Notes: generated by a model not told the origin, from the letters alone. Shown: positions 20,569 to 30,798, numbered from the stretch's first letter. The stretch is DNA of 64,000 bases from a virus (IMGVR_UViG_3300031578_000021:1060-65059), one strand, 5' to 3'. Numbers and translations: made by a program.

Positions 20569-21231
20569 ATGTCCCTAGCAATCCTATCCGTCTTTCGAGA
20601 AAGTCCAAAGTTCTCAATCCAGCATGTGGAGGTATTATATAATTCTCTATGCAAGTATTCTACAATTCCCTTCACCTTATACGTAATATCTGATTACCAA
20701 AAACCCTTCCCAAAAGGGGTTTTTAGGATCAGTCTAAAACACCCCGATTGGAACCCAAAGCTCAACAAGCTTGAACTATTTCGTCAAGATGTATTAAATC
20801 TCGCATCTCATTTTTTCTACTTTGATCTAGACACAGTCCTTATAGGTAATATAGATGAATTACTTTCCTCAGATAATCCTTTAGTCATGCTAGACGATTT
20901 TTATTATAACAACACCTTTGGTTCTGGGTTAATGGCTTGGACGAGAGATCTTGGTCCACATATCTATAAAATGGCCGAAGCCACTCCTACGGAAGAACTG
21001 CATAAAAATTTCCCCGTAGGGAAGGGGAGGGGGGATCAACTTTTTATAAAAAGGCACAGTCCCATCCGCCCACAGACATTTCAAAACCTTTGGCCAGGGC
21101 AGGTGGTTAGCTATAAAAAGCATTGTAGGGGAGAGGGGAAGCCTCCGGAGGGGGCAAGGGTGGTCTGTTTTCATGGCAAGCCGAGTCCGCAGGAAGTTGG
21201 GGATAGGTGGGTTAGGGAGAATTGGATATAA
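20569..21231 (+). CDS. GT-A glycosyltransferase (GT8-like)
   Basis: KLELF, YFDLDTV (DxD), GSGLM, GDQ, VVCFHGKP. Confidence 0.8.
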   Translation: MSLAILSVFRESPKFSIQHVEVLYNSLCKYSTIPFTLYVISDYQKPFPKGVFRISLKHPDWNPKLNKLELFRQDVLNLASHFFYFDLDTVLIGNIDELLSSDNPLVMLDDFYYNNTFGSGLMAWTRDLGPHIYKMAEATPTEELHKNFPVGKGRGDQLFIKRHSPIRPQTFQNLWPGQVVSYKKHCRGEGKPPEGARVVCFHGKPSPQEVGDRWVRENWI

Positions 21232-21234
21232 AAA

Positions 21235-21978
21235 TTGAAAACATTAGCTATTCCGAAAGATTTACTTCAACGAACCAACCCTCCCCCAACAGCACAGCCC
21301 TATCCACTAAACTCCTATGAAGGAGCAATCGATTTCGTTTGCGTCCTACGGGAAAGCCCGACCTATGGGGTGGAAGACGTTAATCGCCTATACCATAGCC
21401 TAGTCCGCTATGCGGGCCGCACGTTCGCCTTTCATTGCCTAACGGACTCAAAATCAAAGGATTTTAACCGTTGCATAAACGTCATTAAAATAAAGCATAA
21501 AAGTTGGGAAACAAAGCAAAGTAAGCTTGAGATGTTTCGCCCTGACCTTGGCTTTGATAGGGTTGTGTACTTTGACCTAGACACGCTTATCATTCGCCCT
21601 ATCCTTCCAATCCTTTCCTACGATGGGGATTTTATGTGTCTTGGGGATTTTGGGGGGAATGATTATCTTGCTTCGGGTATACTTTTATTCAAGGCAAGTA
21701 AACATTATTATATCTATGAAGCATTCAAGAGGCTTAAACCAAGTATAAGAAAGGTTAATTATAAGGTTGGAATGGGAAGGGGGGATCAATTATTCCTAGC
21801 CCATAATATTCGGGTAATCCCCCACACTATTCAAGAGTTTTGGCCGAGTATAGTTATATCTTATAATAAGAAGTGTAGGGGTTTACCTATGCCAAAGGAA
21901 GCGGCTATAGTTGTATTTCATGGGAAACATAAACCGAAGAATGCAAGAGAGAACTGGATAAAGGATTTAATTCGATGA
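21235..21978 (+). CDS. GT-A glycosyltransferase, paralog of previous gene
   Basis: KLEMF, YFDLDTL, SGILL, G.GRGDQLF, IVVFHGK. Confidence 0.8.
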   Translation: MKTLAIPKDLLQRTNPPPTAQPYPLNSYEGAIDFVCVLRESPTYGVEDVNRLYHSLVRYAGRTFAFHCLTDSKSKDFNRCINVIKIKHKSWETKQSKLEMFRPDLGFDRVVYFDLDTLIIRPILPILSYDGDFMCLGDFGGNDYLASGILLFKASKHYYIYEAFKRLKPSIRKVNYKVGMGRGDQLFLAHNIRVIPHTIQEFWPSIVISYNKKCRGLPMPKEAAIVVFHGKHKPKNARENWIKDLIR

Positions 21979-22295
21979 GTATCGTAACATCAATGGTACT
22001 TTGTGTTGCATTGTCAGAAACATATTTGACAAACAATATCTCTTTAATCAACGATTGGTTGGAGGCTCTCGGTGCTGGAAACTTCCAAAGAGTAGATGAG
22101 TCTTTTGGGGGAGCCAAGTATTCTCAAATGGTTGTCTATGGCCTTGCAACCAGTAGGTTTATCAATGAGGATTTTATATCTTTTCTTAGAAGCCTACCTT
22201 GGAATGCTCCAGAAAATATGGTATTTGTGCTTAAGCCTGAGGAAGGAAGAACTCAGGTTTTTGGCCCCCTTTTTGGATGGGATTGGCAGGAATGA
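21975..22295 (+). CDS. hypothetical protein
   Basis: ATGA-coupled ORF within the cluster. Confidence 0.6.
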   Translation: MSIVTSMVLCVALSETYLTNNISLINDWLEALGAGNFQRVDESFGGAKYSQMVVYGLATSRFINEDFISFLRSLPWNAPENMVFVLKPEEGRTQVFGPLFGWDWQE

Positions 22296-22843
22296 TTGAT
22301 CTATCAACGCTTAAAATGCGTCGTCACGCCCCCTATCTTATAGATACAGTCCTAAAGCGCCATCCTGAGTGGACAAAGGGCGCTGAGATTGGCGTAGCCA
22401 TGGGGCGTACTCTTTTGGGAATTCTCCAGAATTGCCCCAACCTTTCAATGATTGTGGTAGACGCTTTTACCTACGTTCCAGATTCCGAGTCATCTGGTCT
22501 ATACGAGGATATGGATCATAGCAACAACGAGGCATGTGTGAGGGCCGTAGCCGCCGCATACCCAACCCGCACGAAAATCCTTAAGGGGATTTCTTGGGAG
22601 ATGGCCGCGAAAGTAGAAGATGAAAGCCTAGATTTCGTTTTCATCGATGCCTCACACATGTATGAGGAAGTTAAAAAGGATATCCTCGCTTGGACGCCAA
22701 AGGTTAAACCAAAGGGCTGGATTATGGGGCATGACTATTGTCCGAGGTGGGGAGGGGTTATGCAGGCTGTTAATGAGATTTTTGATACTCCGCTTAAGCT
22801 GGAACATAGTATCTGGGCGGTTTGGAAAGGAGATCTAAAGTGA
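22292..22843 (+). CDS. class I SAM-dependent methyltransferase (Methyltransf_24-like)
   Basis: GAEIGV..G, LDFVFIDASH.YE.V..DI, GWIMGHDY. Confidence 0.85.
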   Translation: MIDLSTLKMRRHAPYLIDTVLKRHPEWTKGAEIGVAMGRTLLGILQNCPNLSMIVVDAFTYVPDSESSGLYEDMDHSNNEACVRAVAAAYPTRTKILKGISWEMAAKVEDESLDFVFIDASHMYEEVKKDILAWTPKVKPKGWIMGHDYCPRWGGVMQAVNEIFDTPLKLEHSIWAVWKGDLK

Positions 22844-23012
22844 TTACACCAGGAGACTACAGGGATGAGTATGATCCTGATTATAACCCAGACCCAGACA
22901 ATGCTTATGGTGATGGAGGGGCGAGCATAGTTGTAGGTTGGTTTCTTATAACTATTATTGGTCTTGCTGGTTTTTGTATTTATGCCTATATGCAGTCTTT
23001 GGGGTGGGTATA

Positions 23013-23684
23013 ATGTGGTTCGTTCCAACTCGCGGCCGGCCTCACCGCCTACAAAAATTCCTTCAGGGTTGCGTCGATACGAAAATGTCCATGTCAGGGC
23101 TTATCGTTGTCGACGGCACCGATCCAGATGCAGGAGACTATTCAAAAGTAATTCTTCCCCCAAACTGGACCCTTCTCGTTGCCAAAGACCGAGCAGAGTG
23201 TGGAGGGCGTATGGAAGATCTCTTCCTAACCTATCCCAAAGCAAAATTCTACTCCATCGTAAATGATGATGTAGTCCCTGAAACCGAAGGTTGGGACGTT
23301 AAGCTTGCAGAAACTGCGGGGGATTGGAACGTAGCCTATCCTTGGGATACGCTTACAGGAATGGGAACGCAATTTCTTGTTGGTGGAAAACTCGCACGTT
23401 CCGTAGGTTCCTTCAGTCTTGGCTTTCTTCATACCATGGTTGATAGAGCTTGGATGGATATCGGAGAAGGAATTGGGCGCCTAATTTTCCGAAAAGATAT
23501 TCGCCTGCGGCATGAGCATTGGAGCCGTAACAGGGCTCTTAGGGATAAGACTTATAGCAGGACTTTTAACGGAATTGCAACAATCCCTTATGATAAGGCT
23601 CGTTATGCTAAATGGTATAAAGAGGATTTACCAAAACTTATTAAAAGGCTTAAGGTAGAAATTGCAAAGGATACTGGAGAATAA
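23013..23684 (+). CDS. GT2-like glycosyltransferase
   Basis: VPTRGRP, VVD, NDDVVP, H..D, HEH motifs. Confidence 0.65.
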   Translation: MWFVPTRGRPHRLQKFLQGCVDTKMSMSGLIVVDGTDPDAGDYSKVILPPNWTLLVAKDRAECGGRMEDLFLTYPKAKFYSIVNDDVVPETEGWDVKLAETAGDWNVAYPWDTLTGMGTQFLVGGKLARSVGSFSLGFLHTMVDRAWMDIGEGIGRLIFRKDIRLRHEHWSRNRALRDKTYSRTFNGIATIPYDKARYAKWYKEDLPKLIKRLKVEIAKDTGE

Positions 23685-23685
23685 C

Positions 23686-24840
23686 ATGCGTATTCTTGTC
23701 CTCGGTGCTGATGGTTATCTTGGCTGGCCCACAATGCTGTACTTTGCCAAACTTGGGCATGAAGTTATTGGGGTTGATAACTATTCTAAGAGAAGGCTTT
23801 GTCAACAGCTTTCTTGTATGCCTGCTCAAGTAGGGAGGTATCGTCTGAATGATAGGGAAATTTTTATCAAGGATTATGGGTTTAACATAAAGACGTATGA
23901 TATTGATTGTGCCATTATTCAGCAATTGGAAAACGTTATTAAATTACACAAACCTGATGTAATTGTTCATTATGCAGAACAGCCTTCGGCCCCATATTCT
24001 ATGAGAGGATACGGGGAGGCTAGGTATACATTGGAGAATAATCTTGGGACTACGCTGGCGCTGATTCATGCGACTAAGAAGCTCGTACCTAATGTGCATA
24101 TTATTAAGCTGGGGACAATGGGTGAGTATGGAACACCAAATTGGCCAATCTCTGAGGGTTGGCTGAAGATGGAAAATCCTGCAGCCAGCCTTAAACAGAA
24201 CTTCCTTTATCCAATGTCCCCCAGTTCCCTCTACCACGTTACCAAGGTCCAGGATACTCATATGCTTTGGTTCTACTCCAAAATGTGGGGCCTTACCGTA
24301 ACGGATATCATGCAGGGGCCGGTCTACGGTTTGCAACTTGAGGGCTTCGACGACTCTCCTATCTTTGAGGCAAACTTCCACTACGACGATATTTTTGGCA
24401 CTGTTGTAAATCGCTTCATCGCCCAGGCAATCCTTGGCATCCCCCTAACCATTTATGGTAAGGGAGGGCAGACTCGAGGCTACCTCAACATCAACGATAC
24501 GATGCAAAGCATCGAGCTTCTCATCAACAATCCTCCCAAGGATGGGGAATTCCGTATTGTAAACCAATTCACCGAGCTTTTCTCCATCAATCAAATCGCA
24601 AAGATGGTTATTGAGGCAGCAGAAGAGGTTGGTATTAAAGCCACGGCCCAACACCTTCCCAATCCTCGGATTGAGCAAGAGCAACATTACTACAACGTTG
24701 AGCATAAAATCCTAGAAGACCTTGGTCTTAAGTCTCGTCCCCTTTCTAAAGAATTCCTTAAAGCAATCCTTCTCCGCCTTAAGAATGGAAAATATACCTT
24801 TAACAAAAACATAGTAATGCCGCAAGTTAGTTGGAGATAA
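23686..24840 (+). CDS. sqdB: UDP-sulfoquinovose synthase
   Basis: GADGYLGWPT, HYAEQPSAPYSM, KLGTMGEYGTPN, YHVTK, QGPVYG, GTVVNRF, YGKGGQTRG, NQFTE, NPR.E...HYY; SqdB/SQD1/Agl3-specific motifs. Confidence 0.9.
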   Translation: MRILVLGADGYLGWPTMLYFAKLGHEVIGVDNYSKRRLCQQLSCMPAQVGRYRLNDREIFIKDYGFNIKTYDIDCAIIQQLENVIKLHKPDVIVHYAEQPSAPYSMRGYGEARYTLENNLGTTLALIHATKKLVPNVHIIKLGTMGEYGTPNWPISEGWLKMENPAASLKQNFLYPMSPSSLYHVTKVQDTHMLWFYSKMWGLTVTDIMQGPVYGLQLEGFDDSPIFEANFHYDDIFGTVVNRFIAQAILGIPLTIYGKGGQTRGYLNINDTMQSIELLINNPPKDGEFRIVNQFTELFSINQIAKMVIEAAEEVGIKATAQHLPNPRIEQEQHYYNVEHKILEDLGLKSRPLSKEFLKAILLRLKNGKYTFNKNIVMPQVSWR

Positions 24841-24842
24841 CA

Positions 24843-25952
24843 ATGAAATGGGACGCAGATCAGCGCAAGGCAATTGACCTAGTAAACACTTGGCTTACGA
24901 AAAAAGATAAGCAAATTTTCCGACTTTTCGGTTACGCTGGAACCGGAAAAAGTACCATTGCGAAGCATCTCGTTGAGGGGTTTAAAGGGCAGATTTGCTA
25001 TGGCTCCTTCATGGCAAAGGCTGCTCTTGTCATGCGGCATAAAGGAATGCCTGCGAGCACGCTCCACAGCTTGACATATACGGTCGAGCCTCCGGGTGAG
25101 GAAAATGGTTGGCAACTTAAGTTTCACCTTAACCATGATAGCGAGCTTAGAAGGGCCAAACTTCTCGTGGTAGACGAGGTTTCTACGGTTGGGTCCGTTC
25201 TTGGAAAAGATATTCAATCCTTTGGCATCCCAATTCTTGTCCTTGGAGATCCTGGGCAGCTGCCCCCAATCGACGGAGCGGGTTACTTCACTGAGCAACC
25301 CCCAGACATGATGCTTACAGAACCCCACCGCTTCGCTCGCGATAACCCAATCATCGATATTGCAACCCGTATTAGGAAGATGGAGGAGGTTCCTCGGCGG
25401 GCTTATGGAGATTCTAGCCATATCCCCAAGAAAGACTTTCGCCCAAATATGCTTGACGGAGACGTTCAACTTATCGTTGGTATGAACAAAACTAGGAGGA
25501 TTTATAATAGAATTATCCGAGATAGGAAGGATTTTTCCGGAGTAATTCCTCAAAAAGGTGAAACCCTTATTTGCCTAAAGAATGACTATGATTATGGGCT
25601 GTTTAATGGTCTAGCTGTAACCGTGGATAAAGTCATAAGTGATAGCGATCCAGTAAAACTTTCTATTAAAAGCGAAGAACATACCAACCCATTTATAGTC
25701 CCAATGGCAAGGGATTACTTTACAGAATACGTCCGCCCTGGTACGCTTAATCTCGTTGAACTTTATAAGATTAAAGACTTAACCCACTTTGACTTTGGCT
25801 ATGCAATTACCTGCCACAAGGCATTAGGTTCTCAATGGCCAGAGGTCTGTGTCTATTACGATGGGATGTATTCTGGAGATAAGACGTTGCAAAGACGATG
25901 GCTTTATACTGGAGTGACGCGGGCAGAGAATAGGGTTATGCTTGTTAGTTAG
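24843..25952 (+). CDS. RecD/Dda-like SF1B helicase
   Basis: GYAGTGKS, VVDEVS, GDPGQLPP, YAITCHKA.GSQW, YTGVTRA. Confidence 0.9.
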   Translation: MKWDADQRKAIDLVNTWLTKKDKQIFRLFGYAGTGKSTIAKHLVEGFKGQICYGSFMAKAALVMRHKGMPASTLHSLTYTVEPPGEENGWQLKFHLNHDSELRRAKLLVVDEVSTVGSVLGKDIQSFGIPILVLGDPGQLPPIDGAGYFTEQPPDMMLTEPHRFARDNPIIDIATRIRKMEEVPRRAYGDSSHIPKKDFRPNMLDGDVQLIVGMNKTRRIYNRIIRDRKDFSGVIPQKGETLICLKNDYDYGLFNGLAVTVDKVISDSDPVKLSIKSEEHTNPFIVPMARDYFTEYVRPGTLNLVELYKIKDLTHFDFGYAITCHKALGSQWPEVCVYYDGMYSGDKTLQRRWLYTGVTRAENRVMLVS

Positions 25953-25970
25953 TCAGCTCCAAAATAATTC

Positions 25971-25999
25971 TTGACATTCTATAATCCCTATTATATAAT
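25971..25999 (+). promoter_or_regulatory. consensus sigma70 promoter
   Basis: TTGACA-N17-TATAAT exact match; followed by an 11-bp hairpin at 26025-26068. Confidence 0.85.
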
Positions 26000-26086
26000 A
26001 ATAGACTTCATCAACTTAAAACTACCTGGGGATGCTTATCGCCCCTTAACCTTCCAGGCATCCCCAGGGATTTTAAAGGATTATAA

Positions 26087-26290
26087 ATGTCTCAAAAGAA
26101 ATTAGAGCCCCGGAGACAGATTAATATAGTAGTACCGGAGTCAACATATATAAAGGTGAAGACCCTCCTGCTTGATCCCCTCTACGGTAGAACGAAATAT
26201 GGCAGGATGAGTGGTCTAATAACCTCCCTCCTAAACGGATGGATTGATACACAAACTATTAAGGAAGAAGGGCCGAGCAATGGAATATGA
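26087..26290 (+). CDS. ribbon-helix-helix-like DNA-binding protein
   Basis: RQINIVVP beta-strand followed by two helices. Confidence 0.5.
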   Translation: MSQKKLEPRRQINIVVPESTYIKVKTLLLDPLYGRTKYGRMSGLITSLLNGWIDTQTIKEEGPSNGI

Positions 26291-26525
26291 GCGTGATCTT
26301 CTAGACCTTCGGCAAAGAGTTCTCGCTGGAGATGATATTCCCCCGGAAGAGTATAAGCGTATAATCGACGCCATTAGGGAAGACCGACGAGCCGGCGCTG
26401 AGAGTGCAAAGACTCGAGCCGCTAAGACTTCGGGGAAGGCTAAAGTAACCCCCCTTAGTGATAGCGAGATTGATGATCTTTTTAGCACTCCAGCTCAAGG
26501 CGAAGCGCATGTGGCCGAAGAATGA
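26280..26525 (+). CDS. hypothetical protein
   Basis: Coupled ORF. Confidence 0.6.
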   Translation: MEYERDLLDLRQRVLAGDDIPPEEYKRIIDAIREDRRAGAESAKTRAAKTSGKAKVTPLSDSEIDDLFSTPAQGEAHVAEE

Positions 26526-27420
26526 TTTTCCAGACATTATCGATTCAACTTGGCGGAAAGATCTTGCATCCTGCGGGATGAAGTTTAATAGATCCGCTAT
26601 TCAGAAGATAAAGCCCAAAGGGCAGAGTATTCACCTTCACTTCGGGGGGTGCTTTGCGCGGGGCGTTGAGGTCTTCCGTAAATCTTATTATGGAAGTAAG
26701 AAGCTTTCCGTTGATGAGGCCCTTCTGGCGGCGACCTCCGCAATCCTAAAGTCCTGGGGCGATGACGTTGACTTCGGGATGGATAAGGGGAATAAGAATT
26801 TAACAAGTTGCATTGATGCAGTTCATTCCTTTTTTGAATATTACGATCCGCTTTTGGATGCAATCCAGCCACATATGGTTAAGGGTGAGCCGGCGGTTGA
26901 GTTTAACTTTGCCCTGCCCATCCCTGGGATTATCCATCCTACGTCAGGGAAGCCAATCCTCTATACTGGCCGCTTCGATATGCTTGCGGAGTATCAAAGC
27001 TCGTTATTTATCGATGACGAGAAGACTACTACGCAGCTTGGACAAAGCTGGGCCAATAATTGGGAGATGGCAAGTCAGATTACGGGATATCTTTGGGCGG
27101 CAAAGCAATATGGTTATCCAGTCGCAGGGGCGGTTATCCGAGGGGTGGGCATTCTTAAGAATGACATTAAGCACCTCTTTGTTATCCAACAAAGGGCACA
27201 GTGGGAGATTGACCGTTGGCTGCGACAATTGCAGAGGGATTTGAAAAAGGCGATTGAGTCTTGGAAGACAGGGGAGTGGGATTATGCGCTTGATGGGGCT
27301 TGCTCTAGTTATAACGGCTGCCCCTTCATGACGCTTTGTAAATCTAATCAGCCTGAAAAATGGCTTGATACTTATTATGAAGAAAATACTTGGAACCCAC
27401 TTGAACATTCGGATGATTAA
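26509..27420 (+). CDS. PD-(D/E)XK nuclease (RecB/Cas4-like)
   Basis: VE, GRFD, DEKTT, Q..GY, C-terminal C..Y.GCPF..LC. Confidence 0.85.
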   Translation: MWPKNDFPDIIDSTWRKDLASCGMKFNRSAIQKIKPKGQSIHLHFGGCFARGVEVFRKSYYGSKKLSVDEALLAATSAILKSWGDDVDFGMDKGNKNLTSCIDAVHSFFEYYDPLLDAIQPHMVKGEPAVEFNFALPIPGIIHPTSGKPILYTGRFDMLAEYQSSLFIDDEKTTTQLGQSWANNWEMASQITGYLWAAKQYGYPVAGAVIRGVGILKNDIKHLFVIQQRAQWEIDRWLRQLQRDLKKAIESWKTGEWDYALDGACSSYNGCPFMTLCKSNQPEKWLDTYYEENTWNPLEHSDD

Positions 27421-27434
27421 AGCGAGGGATAAAG

Positions 27435-27764
27435 ATGGAAAGCTATGACCTCATATCGCATATAAAGCGCCAGCGAGCCTTTTCTCGTGCAACCTTTGGC
27501 CCAGGACTTCGAACAAAAGGTGTGATCGATCATATTAAAAAAGAGCTTAAGGAAATAGAGCAAGAGCCTGAAAGTCTTGAAGAGTGGGTAGATGTTATCT
27601 TACTTGCCCTTGATGGGGCCTGGCGATTGGGGGCTACGCCAGAGGCGATTGTAGAAGTCCTTGAAGCAAAGCAAACTAAGAATGAATTTAGACAATGGCC
27701 AGATTGGCGTACTATGTCTGAAGATGTTGCGATAGAGCACAAGCGGAGTACTACAAATGAGTAG
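27435..27764 (+). CDS. DUF550 dATP/dGTP pyrophosphohydrolase (MazG-like)
   Basis: FS..TFGP, G..DHIKKEL.E, EEWVDV..LALDG.WR, KN..R.WPDWR. Confidence 0.85.
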   Translation: MESYDLISHIKRQRAFSRATFGPGLRTKGVIDHIKKELKEIEQEPESLEEWVDVILLALDGAWRLGATPEAIVEVLEAKQTKNEFRQWPDWRTMSEDVAIEHKRSTTNE

Positions 27765-28182
27765 TATATACCTTGCCGCAAGCTACGCCAGACGAGAGGA
27801 ATTACTGCAGTATAGAAAAGATTTGTTACGACTTGGGCATGTAATTACATCTCGTTGGCTTGATGGTAAGCATGAGATGGATAAGCCGGGAGAACCACCA
27901 AGGGAGCCGGATAAAGAGGTTGCACGCTTTGCGAAAGAAGATTTTTATGATATTGAAGATGCTACACACTTTGTCACATTTACTGAGCCCAGTGGAAGTG
28001 TAAATGTAAGGGGCGGTCGTCATGTAGAGCTTGGAATTGCACTGGGGCTTGAGAAACTTATAGTAGCTATTGGCCCAAAGGAACATGCTTTTCATTATCT
28101 ACCCAGTATTTGGTTTTTCTCAACTTGGTCGGAAGCTCTAGAATTTCTAGGCCGTAAATTAAAGCGAGGGATAAATGCCTAA
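27757..28182 (+). CDS. nucleoside 2-deoxyribosyltransferase-like protein
   Basis: IYLAA, ED..DI..A, GGRHVELG.A. Confidence 0.75.
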   Translation: MSSIYLAASYARREELLQYRKDLLRLGHVITSRWLDGKHEMDKPGEPPREPDKEVARFAKEDFYDIEDATHFVTFTEPSGSVNVRGGRHVELGIALGLEKLIVAIGPKEHAFHYLPSIWFFSTWSEALEFLGRKLKRGINA

Positions 28183-28972
28183 ATTCAACGTCCTACTCAT
28201 CGGCCCAATCGGAACAGGTAAAACCTACTCAACCCGCACACTTCTCGACTGCGGCCTAGAGCTTTTCTATCTCGCAACCGAGCCTGGGATTGAAAAGGTT
28301 GTAGGAGACCTCCCTAAAGATAAAGTCCATTGGTCTTACATCCCACCAGCAAAGACCGACTGGGGTACTCTAATCAAGAACGCAGAACTTCTTAATAAAA
28401 TGTCCATGTCGGATCTGGTAGGGATGAAACCAATCAATCGGCATGAGTTTCAGCAATTCATCCAACTCTTGTCAACCCTTTCCAACTTCAAGGATGATAG
28501 GACGGGGGAAGAGTTTGGGGCAGTTGAGACTTGGGGACCGGAGCGGGCACTTATCCTAGACGGGTTGTCAGGTATCTCAACGATGGCAATGGATCTCGTC
28601 GTTGGAGCAAAGCCTGTCCCGTCTCAACCCGAATGGGGGGCAGCGCAGAAACAAATTCTTCGCCTTATCCGCACCCTTACGGGGGATCTTAAATGCACGT
28701 TCGTTCTAATTTCTCATGCGGAGCGGGAGGTTAACCAACTTACCGGGGCAACCCATCTAACTGTATCGACGCTTGGTAAGGCCATCAGCCCAGATATCCC
28801 TAAACCTTTCGATGAAATTATCTACACTCGCCGCGATGTTGATAAGTTCTATTGGTCGGTTATTCAAGATGGGGTTGATTTGAAGACTCGTACCCTTCCA
28901 TTTAAAGATGACCTTGCGCCCTCATTCGTTCAATTGTTTGAAGCGGCTAGGGATAAGGAAGAACGCAAATGA
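28175..28972 (+). CDS. AAA_24 / Sak4-like ATPase
   Basis: GPIGTGKT, ILDGLS, ISHAERE, FDE. Confidence 0.8.
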   Translation: MPKFNVLLIGPIGTGKTYSTRTLLDCGLELFYLATEPGIEKVVGDLPKDKVHWSYIPPAKTDWGTLIKNAELLNKMSMSDLVGMKPINRHEFQQFIQLLSTLSNFKDDRTGEEFGAVETWGPERALILDGLSGISTMAMDLVVGAKPVPSQPEWGAAQKQILRLIRTLTGDLKCTFVLISHAEREVNQLTGATHLTVSTLGKAISPDIPKPFDEIIYTRRDVDKFYWSVIQDGVDLKTRTLPFKDDLAPSFVQLFEAARDKEERK

Positions 28973-29634
28973 CTACTCCAACTCCTGATGGATTTGAGGA
29001 CCATTTTCAAAAACATTTTGATAATGGCATGTTTGTTTTCTTTGAAAAAATCCTTGTTGATGCCCCAAGAATATATAGTGAGCGGTTCCAGCATAGGTAT
29101 ATTGGAAGGGAAGTAAAATCTTCTGATGTATTAAATATACATATACCTGGAGTTGGCCTTTTAATCGTTGGAAAGTTTGAGGATAAGGAAAAGGAATAGT
29201 TATGATTATTCTCGGAAGTACCGTTCGTTGCAGGATTACAGGCTTTACAGGAATTGTGACCGGGAAGGTTGAATATATTACAGGCTGCAATCAATCACTT
29301 GTTCAGCCAACAGTTGGGAATGATGGGAATTATAGAGACTCCATTTGGCTTGATGCTGATAAACTTGAGCAGGTTGGGGATTGGGTTATCAACCTTAAGG
29401 TTGATAACGCTGGCTTTGATAAAGCCCCTCCTAGGAGATAGTTATGGACTTTTCCTGGACTATCCATTGGTCATTACAAAGCGAATTAGACCCAAGATGG
29501 AATGCCTCCGGGAAGTATGAAGGAACTCTTACAGATGGAAAACCAAAAGCAGCTATGGACCATCTAGAAAATTGCATGAAAGATTATGGAGCCTACCCTA
29601 AAGATTTAGTATATTGTACAATGAAGGAGTAGTT

Positions 29635-30195
29635 ATGAACCTTTTCTTCGATACTGAAACATCCGGCCTATTCGATTTTAAATCGCCACCCGAGGCTGCT
29701 CACCAGCCACGGCTTGTCCAGCTTGGGGCTGTACTAGATAGTGACCATACAGTCCTTTCTAGCATCAATACGCTCGTCCTTCCTGAGGGATTTTCAATTC
29801 CCAAGGAAGCGACCGCAGTGCATGGCATTTCTACAGAGCAGGCACTTGCCTCTGGCATCCCACTTAAAGACGCCTTGACTCAATTCTATGCTGCCTGTAT
29901 GCAGGCTGATCTTCTAGTCGCCCACAACAGTTCCTACGACGTTAAAGTATTAACCGGAGAATATATTCGCGCTGGGATGGAATCTCCATTCTCAAAGCGC
30001 CAAGTATTTTGCACAATGATTAAATCAACAAGTATTTGTAAAATCCCCGGAAAGAGGGGCGGATATAAATGGCCTACGCTCGATGAAGCCTACCGAATGC
30101 TCGTTGATGAGGATGGCTTTACCGGAGCGCATGACGCCATGGCCGACGTATTAGCCTGTCGTGAAGTTTATTACAAACTCGTCCCAACCAGCTAA
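29635..30195 (+). CDS. DEDDh 3'-5' exonuclease (DnaQ-like)
   Basis: FDTETSG, VHGI, AHN..YD, AHDAMADV. Confidence 0.9.
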   Translation: MNLFFDTETSGLFDFKSPPEAAHQPRLVQLGAVLDSDHTVLSSINTLVLPEGFSIPKEATAVHGISTEQALASGIPLKDALTQFYAACMQADLLVAHNSSYDVKVLTGEYIRAGMESPFSKRQVFCTMIKSTSICKIPGKRGGYKWPTLDEAYRMLVDEDGFTGAHDAMADVLACREVYYKLVPTS

Positions 30196-30257
30196 AAGGA
30201 GAACCGCCTATAAACTCAATCCGACTACCAATCTTTACCGGACTTTATACAACAATC

Positions 30258-30731
30258 ATGGAGTTACCAATGTCTGAAACCTCTATTTTCGATCCCGATA
30301 ATTTTCTTTCCACCGAATACAACGAGTCCACCTCTACGGAATACATCTTGGTCGATGAAGGCGAATATTCCGCCCAGGTCGATGATGTTAAGATCCGTAA
30401 GACTGAGGGTAACGATGGTGACTTCTTCGTCATGGAGGTGTATTGGCACATTCTTGATGAGGCTGTTGCCAAGGCCGTCGGACGTGATAAGCCGATGGTT
30501 CGTCAGTCCCTCTTCCTTGAACTGACCGAAAGTGGCTCGCTTGATATGTCGAAGGGCAAGAATGTCCCCCTCGGCTATCTGCGGGAAGCAATTGGGCAGA
30601 ATAAGAAAGGTAAGCCGTGGTCGCCGCGTCAGCTTTTCGGCGCGACCGCTCTTGTAAAGGTTACGCATAAGCCCCGCAAGAATGAGCCGGAACGGGTTGA
30701 CGCCAGCGTTACTAAGGTCACGAAGGGCTAA
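30258..30731 (+). CDS. putative ssDNA-binding protein (DUF669-like)
   Basis: Acidic N-terminus, EGEY.A.V OB-like pattern, position after AAA ATPase. Confidence 0.55.
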   Translation: MELPMSETSIFDPDNFLSTEYNESTSTEYILVDEGEYSAQVDDVKIRKTEGNDGDFFVMEVYWHILDEAVAKAVGRDKPMVRQSLFLELTESGSLDMSKGKNVPLGYLREAIGQNKKGKPWSPRQLFGATALVKVTHKPRKNEPERVDASVTKVTKG

Positions 30732-30748
30732 ACCTTTCTAAAAACTAG

Positions 30749-30787
30749 AGGGTGGAGGTAATTGCTGCCTCCACCCTAACTTTCTTT
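30749..30787 (+). terminator. intrinsic terminator
   Basis: AGGGTGGAGG/CCTCCACCCT hairpin then T-rich tract. Confidence 0.7.
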
Positions 30788-30798
30788 AGGGGATTTCC

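Noticed and set aside
26509-27420. Cas4 as part of a CRISPR system
   Set aside because: No array or other cas genes; context is a phage recombination module
27435-27764. 2-aminoadenine (Z-genome) system
   Set aside because: DUF550 is present but no PurZ or DatZ-like HD hydrolase is recognisable in the window
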